Positions 23,743 to 36,077 of a stretch of DNA of 64,000 bases are shown here, one piece after another; position 1 is the stretch's first letter, and each line of letters starts with the position of its first letter. Position numbers and translations under genes: made by a program. The stretch comes from Zygnema circumcarinatum SAG 698-1b. Lineage: Eukaryota; Plantae; Zygnematophyceae. The notes beneath the pieces are model-generated. The model was not told the origin of the DNA, searched no databases, and saw nothing but the letters and a program-made list of their open reading frames with translations. Location of the stretch: contig CM074806.1 of assembly GCA_037447605.1 (NCBI GenBank), positions 1,178,001 to 1,242,000 of the forward strand, given 5' to 3'.

Positions 23743-23838
23743 GCGTTTCTTCTTCAGAAGAAAGCTGCTTCTGTCGACAGCTCCTCAGGGCTCAATAAAA
23801 CCGATCTCAAATTCTTAAATGACGTGGCCCCCACCAAG

Positions 23839-26800
23839 TCATCGCATGCGATTCGTACTGCTCTGGGCACAGTTTACCTCAGAGGCCAGTGTCAATTGCG
23901 AGTGTTCCTCTGCTAAGCTGCCACATGCAGTCAATAAAAGCAACATGAGCTTCAGAACAGGAGCACAGGGCATGTGCAATAAAGGCCAATAGATAACCAA
24001 TGCCAATAAAGGCTTGGCTACCTCAAGGTCAGCAGCTGAACACAATCGCTTGACAGCTCAACCGTACATGTCAAGGACTCGAATCGCTTCAAGTTTAGAT
24101 TAAATTTTCAGTTGGACAGCTGAACTGTTCACTGGTGACCAACAGTCCAAACCCGAGACAGCAGATTTCAGATATTTTCGAGGCAAATCAGGAGCAGGGC
24201 AGGCCTCAGCGTGTGTAACAAATGGTCTCAGCCTGAGAGTGCTCAGAGAAATCCGCAATTTGTCATCAATGGCCGCCAGTGAGCTGAAAAGCAGCAATTC
24301 CGACAAGACAGTTGACATACTAGACTATCAACTCCCGCAGCTAACGAAGGAATCCAAATGCCCATCCGTCCAACCTTATCAGCCCTCAAATAACAAAAAG
24401 AATAGCAAAAAGTACATCAGGATCAGGACGATCTCCGGCTTTGGAAAAGTGCTCAGTTGTTGCATCAAGAGTTCATTGGGCCTTTGCAGGCGCTCAAACA
24501 AGAGGTGTCAGAATAGTAGCGCATCATCACTGCACATTTCCCAGCAGCCAGCAGAAATACAGGAGATGACACTGGAGACATTCATGAATGGTGATTGCAC
24601 TTAAATTCAAGTCCACAAACTGTCTGTAAACAATAAGCAACACTCTTCAAGAAACTTGACCACAAAAGGGAATCAGGCTAAGTTGCTCCACTCACCCTCG
24701 ACGATGCACTCCTTAGATCTTCCAAATTTTGCTTGAGACAAACGGCGAAGAATTCCGCACAGGTCCACTGAAGGCAGTCGAGCCATTAGGATGTGCCGAA
24801 CTCTCAGTAGGCCACTTCAGGTCAAGTCTGACTCCACTTGTCCACTAGTGCTGCGCAGTGTCCATAGTATCCATAAGCTGTCCAATCCATACCTGCAAAT
24901 CATAAGAGAAGAAAAATCATCAAGTTGAACATTCGAAACCTGGTGATGATCCAAATGAACATAAGGGGATTAGACATCAAATATCCCAGCCCTGTAGGCC
25001 TTCAGAGCCACTCTGGCATGGGAAGGAAAGATAAGCTGCTTCGTTATCGCCCAGAATTTCATACCCTCACGCCACTAAGCGTCAGGGTTCAGAGCTGGGT
25101 CAGAGGCAATATCACTTCCCTTGGAACTGGCACAAACATGAAGGTAGCAGACAAGAATGGCTACCACAATAACAAATACACAAGCATCACTATCAGTCGT
25201 CAAAGGCAACTGCCTAATCATGGAGACAGTGAAAGGATGGACAATGCAAAAGATATTGCATACCCAAACTCCTGAACTGGTACTTTGGTATGCCAATACA
25301 AAAACGAAGAAGAAACAAATGAAAATGAATGAAAATACAAATGAAGGAATGATGCAGGCAGATCTTTGCACAAAGCGGTAGATGTAGCAGCACAGCTCAG
25401 TGGCGGCTTTTAGTATGGTTCGATTCGTGCCAAGCAACTTCCTCACTGTCATTCGGAAGAGGGAGCTTGATATCATCACTGCTGTTACTGCCTTGGAGGC
25501 ATGTGCTGCTCCTACTGGTGACAAGAAAGAATATGGCTTAAAGTCCATGCTGGAAATTGAATGTGTCAGGCCACAGTATTCGACGTCACGCGCAGATAGT
25601 GCATCGGAGGGAATCCGAATGACTGTATTTCATCCTTCACTTCAAATTCGCCATCGTGGACAAGACTGCAGAGTCTACTAGAGTAGCTTCACAATTGTGA
25701 CGAGTTTGAGATTGTACAAAACACAGTCATCATATCAAAAGTTGGCTCAGACATCCAAGGAAGAGCCGCATCAGCTCTCAAGCCCGGCAAGGCGAAAGCT
25801 CTCGGTCGGCCACTGCGAATGTTTAGAGAAACAAAGCCATTAAAGTTTCTCATCATAGCCAACTTCCGAAAGATTGCAGACGGTCACAATCATAATCCTC
25901 CTTCAAATATGAAGGAGCGAGCAAACATGCAAATGTGAATCAATTTGAGCCGAGTGGCAGAACTACGTAACGCAATCAGAGCTAAAATGAACCTCTCAGA
26001 CTGAAGGTGCCAGTTGCTCAGCTCAGCGGGTACATCCACAGGCATGGCTCGCTTGCACGAACCACATTTGGCTCTGTTGAGCTTGACTTATTCGCATAGT
26101 CATCATCACAATTTGGCACCTTCTTCATACAGACATGCAAATCTCAATTCAAGACCATATCCGCCAAGGACAAAGATAAAAATCTGTCCTAGGACTTTGT
26201 CAACCAGTGAATCACCAGCCAGCCTCAGGACAACAAAACACTACAAAGGACGACAAGTAGAAAAAAAACGACACAATAGGGCGTCACCCTCCATCACGAT
26301 CACCATCACGATTTCCATAGAATACAGGCCTTGGAAAATATAGCATCCACATACCTTGAAGGCTGTGAAACGGCACAAACACAGACGCTTTTTCACAGCC
26401 GTGCGTCATCTGACTGGTGCCTCCAGCTCCATCTTCAGATGCCGCTGTGAAGCCACTGCATTACAAGCTCTGCCACCAACAACCACATCCCAAGATTTCA
26501 AAAACACTTCAGCAGACTTCAGAAGACTTTCAAACATGCACGATTGGCTGTATCGCACACCGCAAAAGTGAAGAAACGCGGTGAATCCAGCAAAAGCGAG
26601 GACATCCTGACTGATGCGAGACAATACCTGCTCCATTTCACATCCACACGCCGCACTTCCATCTCGAAGCGGCCCGGCCCGGCAGCCGCCTGAAAGCCGG
26701 CCGCCGCCTGAAGTTCGGCCGCCGCCAGGCCCCGAACCACCCCTGCAGGAAACAGGTCCGCAATTAGAAGACTGTTGGAGTGCGGACGCTTTATATGAAC

Positions 26801-27020
26801 CGAGATGGCCCTGAACCCAGAGGGAGGCCCTTACAGCCTGCCGTTCCATACACCTGTTTGGTTCCCGTGTCACTGCGCTCTGTCCAGTAAAACTGCCGGA
26901 CATAGATCCGGTGGAGCAGGAACGGTAAACTGCGAGCAGTGAGAGCCTTTCGATAAAGTCAAGAGGGGAGAGTGTGGCATGCGGGCAGCTCCCCTCTATG
27001 GCTGCCGCGGCCTCTGCCAC
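23839..27020 (-). CDS. Uncharacterised, possibly decayed multi-exon gene, head-to-head with gatA
   Basis: A 204-aa ATG ORF (27020-26406) and further Leu-rich segments. No family recognised, and the 3' part has in-frame stops. Confidence 0.3.
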
Positions 27021-27115
27021 TGCCTCTCCCTTTGCCTCTGCTGCAGCGGCGCCTCTCTAGTGGCGCGGAAGGCGGCTCTCCCATGTCTCCTCTCTGCGGC
27101 ATCGGTGAAGCTCAC

Positions 27116-30100
27116 ATGGCAGCCATGAGGAGTTTGCCTGCAGTCGCTGCTGCGCGCCAGCTGGCTTTTGCCTCCAGCTCCCTTGCCGGCCGCACTGTGC
27201 TTCTTGGCAGCACCGCGTGTGGGAGCTGCAGAGTTGCCGCTCGCTGTGCCAGGAGGCGTCATCAGGATGCCCTGGCTGGGGCTCCAATAGCAGCAGTCTC
27301 TGCTCCGCCGGCTGTGGGAGCTCGCCCATCGTCTGTTATTCGAAAGATTGAGGTCGTGTACTTCATTCAGAGTCGGGAATGTGTGTTCAAAGAGAGGAAT
27401 TCACGGAACGATAGCTGGAAATGAGAGTGTTTTGGCCGTAAATAGGCAAGTTGCAGTCACCATGACTTTTCAGCAAACACCACCGACATCACGAACACCG
27501 TTTGTTTCTGCTTTTGAAATCAGGTCCTCTATTGCTGATGCAGAAAGAGCTGAAGTCGCGGGAGAGGTCTGCTGTTGAGGTAACGGAGGAATATTTGCAG
27601 CGAGTGGAGGCCAAAGAACCGCTTGTGGAAAGCTATCTACACGTGGCCAGGTACACTCTTCAGCGTTTTTCATGGACGAGAGGTTGAGATCAGGCTGCAT
27701 TCTCAGGTCGCATTCGAACACATTTCCCCAGCCTGGTGTACAAGAACGAGGTGACGAAGGATAGCACCCCAATAGAAGATAAGAGCCACCTTGGCCAGAC
27801 TCTTCAACCAAGTTAACAAGATCCAAGTTCCAAGTTTGTGATTGAGTTGGGTGGTATCGTAATGCCAGTTTGAGGAACAGGTCGCTGTCAGCTACTGTTT
27901 GAGGCCCATTCGGTTTGCGAAAAGGCTTGTAGTTCAGGCAGATTTCCTGGTGCTCGGCCGCAGCTACACGTCCAAAAAGCAGCAGGTGTGAAGTGTGTAG
28001 CGATGCGAGCGTTCTTGTTGAGCTTGTTACACAGTCACAAAGCTACTGCGGAATACGGGAAATCGCAACGTTATGAACTTCTGGTTTTGTGGGACAAAAT
28101 CGTATACTTTTCACAATGTGACCTTGTGACCGTTTCCCTTCGTGGTGTTCAACCTCACGTGGCCTCCGTGCACTTTCCTCTCACCCTTCCCACCTTTCTT
28201 CGTTCTTTCTTTCCTAAGGTGCAAAATGATTCTCTGAAGGAATTCGTATAGGCTCTTGGGAATTACTTACCCCTCGGATCATGCTTTTCATGCCTTTGTC
28301 GTCACTCCAAGGATTTTCATGAACCATGCTTGGTTGATTTAATAGGTACCCATGGTGCATTTTCTAAAAGTAGCAGGTGCTACTGAAGTGCACCAGATCG
28401 CCTTTGATGATGAGTCATCACTAGGAGCAGACCTATGATTAATTTTATTCATTCTAGCTTTCATTATTCAACTCCCATGTCAGCAAAGAACGCATTCAAT
28501 CATTCACTTGTTAGTGGGAATTTGTTTGTAGGGAAAAGGCTCTGGAGCAAGCGGCAGTTATAGATCGTCAGATTGCAGATGGTCAGGATTTGGGGCCTTT
28601 GGCTGGTATACCACTGGCTGCAAAAGACAATTTCTGCACAGCCGACATGCCGTCCACTGGAGGCTCAAGAGTACTTGAGGGCTACAGGCCACCATACGAT
28701 GCCACGGCTATTCAACGGCTGAGATCTGCTGGAGCAGTGCTTTTGGGCAAGACCAACCTTGATGAGTTCGGGATGGGCAGTAGCACAGAATATTCAGGAT
28801 ACAAGGTAAGCGACTACATGGCAAGGGAGGGGTTCAGAATTGGATTGAGGTGACGAGGCTTGTTCTGAGGAATGCAGGAGGAATGCCTATCATTACAGTG
28901 AGTTTAGCTTCCATGTGCCGCCTTGGTGAATTCAAACTACTTAGGAACGTAGGCAGTGCTCATGTCCGTGGGCAAGAAACCTAAATGAATTATAGAACGT
29001 GGTGCAACAACGACGAAGACTTTGTTCCTTTCTGCATATTGACGAATTTCCCAATTCTATCTGCATATGTCCGACTTCGAAAACCCACTCCCCTCTCCAT
29101 GCAGGTCTCGTCCAACCCTTGGGACTTGTCCAGAGTCCCTGGTGGGTCTTCTGGTGGGTCCGGTGCTGCGGTAGCCGCAGGTCTCTGTGCAGGGGCCCTC
29201 GGCTCAGACACGGGGGGCAGCATCCGCTTGCCCGCATCCTTCTGTGGGGTGACGGGGATCAAACCGACATACGGCCGCGTATCGCGATATGGCCTCATGG
29301 CATACGCATCGTCGCTGGATGTGGTGGGATGTTTGGCCCCTTCTGTGGAGGACGCTGCTCTCTTGTTGGGAGCCATAGCTGGCCATGACTCTGCAGATTC
29401 CACCAGCAGCCGAAAAGTGAGTCCCTGCCTCTTATCTGGGGCATGATAGTCGAGGCTAGACAGGGGTTGGGGATTGTTTTCACGTTTCCTTCGTATAGTA
29501 GGAGAAGTCAAGAAGTGGCCTGGTCACGCCTTTAGGAAAAGCGAGAGTTAATAATGGAAGTAAGTTGGGTTGCAAAGCTTTGACTGGAGTTTTTGTTTCT
29601 GCTCGGTTGAACCAGTACCTGGCATTTTCTGAGACGGATCGTTTGCTAAATTGTCAGGGTGTGAGAGTTTGGTTGTATCCACTTTGTATACAGAATGGAA
29701 TCAAGGTTCAGGAACTAGAGTTTGCTTTTGAAAAAAAAAATTGTACGAATATATTCCAATTACTGGTTTTGCGATGTGTTTGATTCTAAGACTCAATACA
29801 GCATGAAGACATGAAAGGGCATACTTAGCTACTTGGTCCTCACTCACTTCTCCCCTGCTGTCTTTGTAACGTCCCCTCCAACACATGATGGTTCCATCAG
29901 CCAGTAGAAGACTATGCTACTGCTCTGCAAGCTGTAGAGAAGCTTCCGTCTCTTCCATTGAAAGGATCACGATTTGGACTTATCAAGGAGACGATGGGAG
30001 ACGGAGTGGATGTTGAAGTCAAGGCGGCCATAATGACAGCAGCTAAGCATTTAGAGGAGCTTGGAGCTATCATCACCGAGGTGAGGTGACCTGATGAGAA

Positions 30101-32342
30101 GGAAAATGGCAGGAATTTTTAGGCCTATGGTTAGAATGCATTTGTCTTTGTGTAAATATATGAAGGAATCTTGTGCGGAAGGTGAGGACTTTTATGACGA
30201 AGGTGAAGATTGATAAAACAACTGAATTTTATGTGGTCACTCTATGTGGATGATGTCAGGTATCTCTCCCGAGTTTCGCGTATGGTCTGCCTGCGTATTA
30301 CGTGCTTGCGCCGTCAGAAGCTTCATCCAATCTCGCACGCTACGACGGCATCAGGTCCGTGTACAGCTCTACTTCTCGAAGCGAACTTTTTGTTAAGGCA
30401 TATAATGCTAAACATCAGGCTACGCCCTTATTCAGCTGTGCCCGTAGATGCATTTAGTAGAAGGTACTCTAAAAAGTAAATGGCTCGTCAATCCTTTCAA
30501 CTGTGCCGTTACGCACATACTTCGTATCTTGAATAACAGCCTTTCCTGCTATGCCTTCCACACTTGGACGGAGTGTAGTGTTCAAAACTGTTCTCAACTA
30601 CGAGTTTAATCACAATTGCAGAACAAAGATTATTTCGTTGCAGTTGAGACTTACGTGCCACTTGTATTAACCTCTTCTAATAGAGAGGGCTATGTGACTC
30701 GAGCAGATATGGACCGCGGGAGGATGGAGTTGAGCTCGCCAGTCTGTACGCCAACACTCGTGGTTCAAGGCTTGGGCATGAGGTGAGGCCTTGCGGTTTT
30801 CCATTTATTCAATGTACTAATGTGACATGATCAAGCTGCCTTCAGGCCCAGCGTGTAGTCGATATTAGTAGAGCCGTGGTTAATGATAGACACAGGTGAT
30901 TTATGGAAGCTGTTTAAATCTGCGACTTGCAGTTCATCTTGTCGCTTACCTGGTCAATTCATTCATTAGTATGAAAGATTGTGGTTTGAGGGGGAGGGGG
31001 CGGCTGACGAATGCATGGACAGGTGAAGAGGCGCATTTTGATGGGGACGTATGCCTTGTCTGCCGGATACTACGACGCTTTCTACAAACGAGCACAGCAG
31101 GCATGTGCTTGACAGTGGGACCTCGTCATGTATGCCTCGTTTCTCAGATTCGATGAGCCAGGCGGTGACCCATGGGATAGAGATCATGATGGACAATTGC
31201 GTGGAAAGCTAAGAAACGAGAGTTCTAGAATCTATGTTTTGTAGTTGCAAAATCATATTCTTAGTCTATGAGGTTAGTCATAGTCATATGGTGGATGGAT
31301 TCTTGTGGTATGGGGCCCAGGTGCGAACACTCATCCAACGGGACTTCTCCACTGCCCTCGCAGAACAGCATGCCCTGTTGGCACCGACGTGTCCCACCCC
31401 TGCATGGAAGAAAGGCATGTGTTGTGGCCTGCACGTCCGCTCCTATTGTTTCGCATGAGATGCATGGCTCTGCTGCAGAGAGTGTTTATAGTTGCAACTA
31501 AGCAGGTGGGATCAACTCTGCCGGTGGGACTACAACTGCAAGATGCACTGCTGGGTTGGGTGTCAATGTGTGCAGGATCGAAGTCGGAAGATCCACTTGC
31601 ATTATACGCCGGCGACTTAATGACGGTATGTTGCATGGCTTCGGAGGCATCCTGCTCCCCATTTCAGGCATTGTTGCAGAAACGTTGTTGGAGAGGTTCT
31701 GTGTCTCTCCGTGTAGTTTCTTTCCCAGCTCTGGATTTGCTTTCTCTATTGAGCCTTCGCGCACTGTTTCTGTTCACAACACAGAGCCCTAGCAGCACCA
31801 GCACAACTCATTTATTGCCTAGGGTCAACAAGCCCTGTCATTTGCCTTGTAATTGGGGAGCTCCAGTATCCTTTATTTGAAAAGGGGCTAAAGAGGACAT
31901 GGGAGGGGATGCAGGTAAACGTGAACCTGGCGGGGCTTCCAGCCGTGGTGGTGCCGTGCGGCCTTGCGCCAGGGGGGCCACACGGCCTCCCTGTGGGCCT
32001 CCAGATGATTGGGCGCGCATTTGGCGAGGTTCTCTCTCGCTCTCTCTCCTCTCTCTCTCTCTCTCGCCCCTCCCTCTCCCTCTCCTCTCGCTCTCACATG
32101 TCATCTGCATACCCGGCTCGAGTGAGGGCTGCTGCTTCATTTGAGTTGCTGTATAGTGAAGGTAAAGCTGTCGATAGCGTAGCTATCTCTGCTGGAGGAT
32201 TGATCACTCTAGAGAGAAGCTGCTCCCTCACCAGCGCGGGGCCGCTCTGCAGGTGGAACTTATCCGATACGCACACATCTTTGAACAGACGTGTCCGTCG
32301 TGGACTTACACCGTCCCGTTGGGGGAAACTGCGGGCCGGTAG
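27116..32342 (+). CDS. gatA: Glutamyl-tRNA(Gln) amidotransferase subunit A, organellar, multi-exon
   Basis: Transit-peptide-like N-terminus; [55 protein letters not shown] and LPVGLQMIG motifs. Confidence 0.95.
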
Positions 32343-33606
32343 CAGCAGGATGTTGTCATTATAATTGCCTTGTGCAGAACATTCAATCATATTTTAAAAA
32401 CGAAGTAACCAAATCAATGCAAAATAAGAAAATAATTAGTACACATAAGATTAGAGGCGCTATGCTGTCATGTGGTACTGGATGGGGATGGGGATGGTGA
32501 TGGGCATGGAGATGGGGATGGGGATGGCATGTCCGGTAGAGGAGTGGGTGTCTCATGCATGGTTTGTGCAATCTCAACTCATATCCACCGCTCACTCAAT
32601 GTTCAGGAAATGCGAGGATGAAGAAGAATGCCTCCCGGCAGGGCAATCCATACTTGACGGGTCAGAATGTGAGACAATTAAAATTTTAAAAAAAGGGCAA
32701 TCACGGCTTCCTTGGAAAAACTATCTCCAACATGAGCTGGTAAATGTGGCCTCTCTAAAGTGGTTGAAAAAATGAAAAATGATCCCCACGGCGAAATAAT
32801 GAGCAATAGGCGACTGCGAACCATCCCGAGCCTACTTAGGCCAATGAGAGTGACTTCTGCAGCACAACAAGGAGCCATGCGCCACACCCATAGTGGCCTA
32901 AACTCTTCAGTGAAAGCAAATAATGCTAGTTCAACATGAAATAAAGACAGTTTCATCTCCATTGCTTGACTTGCTTGAAGAACAGTGCCTACACTGCGAT
33001 GAACTACGATGAGACAAACGCCGTAATGGAACCTGTGAGTAGCTTTATCTTGATCAGGAACATAGTACCTAATCTGGAAGACCATTCCCCAGTTCAAGTC
33101 CTAATGAAATGAAATGAAAAAAGAGAAAATGAGAAATGTCCGAAGTACCGCTCGACTGACCAATAGGAACAGCCCGTTACTATCCCCCTCTAGTTTAAAC
33201 AATCTGGTAGAAGGATTGCAAACAGATTATAGCTCACCAGCTGAGCATGCGCTGAATAGCATCCGAGATGCATCGCAGACTTGTCCTTATCTCCTCACCG
33301 CCGGCCCTCCGCCCTTCCGCAAAAAAAATTGGTCCCTTTGCCTCAATGCTATGCCACTAGGATGGCCAAGGCGAAGCGATGGTCCAGGCGAAGCGATGGT
33401 CCTTAATGGAAGGTCCACCAATCCCTCAGCTTTGACACATTTCATTGTCACTTGCGGATTAGGAGAAATGACAAAAGGAGAAAATAGAATTCAAAACTCG
33501 GGCTCTCCTTTCCCATCCCCATCAAAAAAAAAAAAAAAAAACGGGACTTGTCGTCACTGCATTCGAATATTCATGCACTATTGGTTTTTGACTAGAAAGG
33601 GAATAA

Positions 33607-35783
33607 TCAGGGGGGTAAAACTGGGCGAATCTCTGCCTCCTCCGAGTCACTGCATATATTCCCATCCTGGCATGTCTTCAAGTGCCACCAGTCACGAAGT
33701 CTGTTTATATCCGAAGAAAATGTAGAGCCAGGCGTACCGTAAAACTGTGAACCAAATACAGAAATTGTCTTTTCCACAAGGGCTAAAACTTCTGTTTTGT
33801 TATGAAGATCCTGTTTGGTCAGCGGCTCTGCCCACGGCTGATCGACCAAAACCGGCAGCCGAACTAAAGGAACAGGCTTCGCATGAAGCGCTAATAATTG
33901 CGTTAGCAACTGAAGCTCTTGGTCATTGCCATTGGTTGCAAGAAAAATTGCATTAATGCCAGGATTCTCTTCGAGCCTCTTCACGATGCAGTTGGCGACT
34001 TGCTGAATCGGATGAAAACAAACAAACGCCCCATGGCGCCCCTGCGCTTTCCCCTTCATACAATGCCCAAAGAAATCTCCTCTTCGAAGGTGAAATGCCA
34101 TGAAACGATTTCCCAAAAACGAATTTACAAAACCAACAGCGGTCTCCAGAATTGCCCTGCTGGGAGTAAGGTAATATCTACAAGAGTCAGATACACTCAG
34201 AGGCCTACTACCCTCGAATCTCAACTCTCTGCCGCCCACACCAAACATGTTGCCGAAGGCAATGACTTCATCAGAGTAGGTGAAGTTTCCGAGAAAATCC
34301 TTCGTTGTGTATTTGAACCATGGACCTGATGTCCTCAACGGAGGGATCTCAGTTTCACCAAAGGTGACCCCCAGTTGAGAATATCTGGTGCGAAGGCCTC
34401 TGCAGATCCTTTGCCCTTGATACGAATGGACATGGCAAATAAACCTGTTCACTCGCAAAACCTTCTTCGGGCCAGCCTGCAAAACAATGACGATGGCGTA
34501 GGTGGTCAGCAATGTCGCGAGGAGAAATGTGAGTTTGTACGACCAGAATTTAGAAAACAGTGAGTCGTCTTTTCAAGGGGAGGGGAATAGGGAGCTGCAA
34601 AGAATTCAGATGCTTTTTCTTGCGATCCCCATGCTCTGAAGCGCATCCGCAACCATAGTACAACCCTCACCTTCTGCGACAAATAGTCGTCTAGCGTCAG
34701 AAAGGTATTTGGCCCGAAGCACTTCTCGGGTTGCTTAAGGTCAAGAAGATACTCATAATTATAGTCAACTCCATGTGAGGGAAAAATGAGTGTCCTATTC
34801 AAAAGTGCAGCGTCCAGCATGTGCTGGCGGATGCAAGAAAGCCGATTGCTCAGCTGACCACCAGAGCACATCAGCAGCATGTATTTGTTTGGCTGAGGTT
34901 GCCATTTCAAACCGCCTTTCTGAGCTGTGTCTTGCAATCTTCCACAAGGAGCGCCTCTACTGCTGTTGTCCTGGATCCTACCAGACGATAATTCAGCCAC
35001 GCCAGCACCATAACCGCCTTTACTCAGAACTTGAGATAGCTTGTTCTGTAGCAAAGCGAGGTCCCGCTCGCGTTCCTGAAGCCGTTGTCCCACTTCCAGA
35101 ATTGAGGCCTTCAAGTCACTCTCTCCACCTCCAAGTACAGGAACGACTATCGGGCCCTTTCCATCGTTTCCAGTCTGCAAAGGCGTACTCAGCTTAGCCT
35201 GCCAGCTTGCAAGCTCCTGTTCTCTCTCCTGCAATCGCGTCGCCAAGCTGATCAAAGCCGCCTCCCGCGCATTCAGCTGGCTGCTGATATCAGACGCCAT
35301 GTCCGCCAGCTTCTGCTCTTGCTGATTCACTGCTGCAAATATGTCAGAGCGCAGCTGCACTGCCCACTCCGTGGCATTGATACCTCCCCGCTCGCCACTG
35401 CCTCCCAACCGCTGCATGGCCGACCACCAGAGCAGCACCGCTCCCTGCACGGCCAGCAGCAGCAGCACGCCAAGAAGACATCCCGGCAGGGAGCTCCAGG
35501 ACACCTTTCTCGCGCCCTTTTCCCTTGCCACGGAGGTAGCCATGGCGCCTCCCCCCAGCGAGCGCGCTTGCGCGTCAACGCGAGGCGCAGTGCGGGCGCT
35601 AGCCGAGGGGAGCGCTTCCATGCGCCAGTTAGCGGCACTGCGAGTCCTTGCCTCGGCTCCCGCGGCCGTTACGGCCTCTCTACGGCGCAGATGTATGTGG
35701 CCATCATCGGACGGTGCCGATGCGCCCATTATGAGAGGACTACATCCGACGGCCAAAAGCAGCCACAGAGCGGTGGTCATCAT
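33607..35783 (-). CDS. GDP-fucose protein O-fucosyltransferase family, type II membrane protein; intron 34477-34670; exact start uncertain
   Basis: TM helix and coiled-coil stem; GQLSNRLSC..AALLNRTL, FMAFHLRRGDF, IFLATN and FYGTPGSTFS motifs. Confidence 0.85.
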
Positions 35784-36077
35784 CCGACAGTAGAGATAGG
35801 TCCATCACAGGTCGGCCTCCAAGGGGCCGGTTCCGACGGTGGGGATGCGCCCATCAAACGCGCGACTAATCATCCGACGGTGCAGATGCAAGACAACGCA
35901 TGGCGGCACATCGCACGCTTCCATCGTTATGATCCCTCTCTCAGGAACGAGGAGTTCGTATTACGAATTTGACAAAAAACAGTACAAACGGAGTCGCCAT
36001 GGACCAATTTCGCAAAATAATTTATGGCAAAAAATGGAGATGTCCGAAATCTTCCGCCACAAGCTACCAGCATGGAA

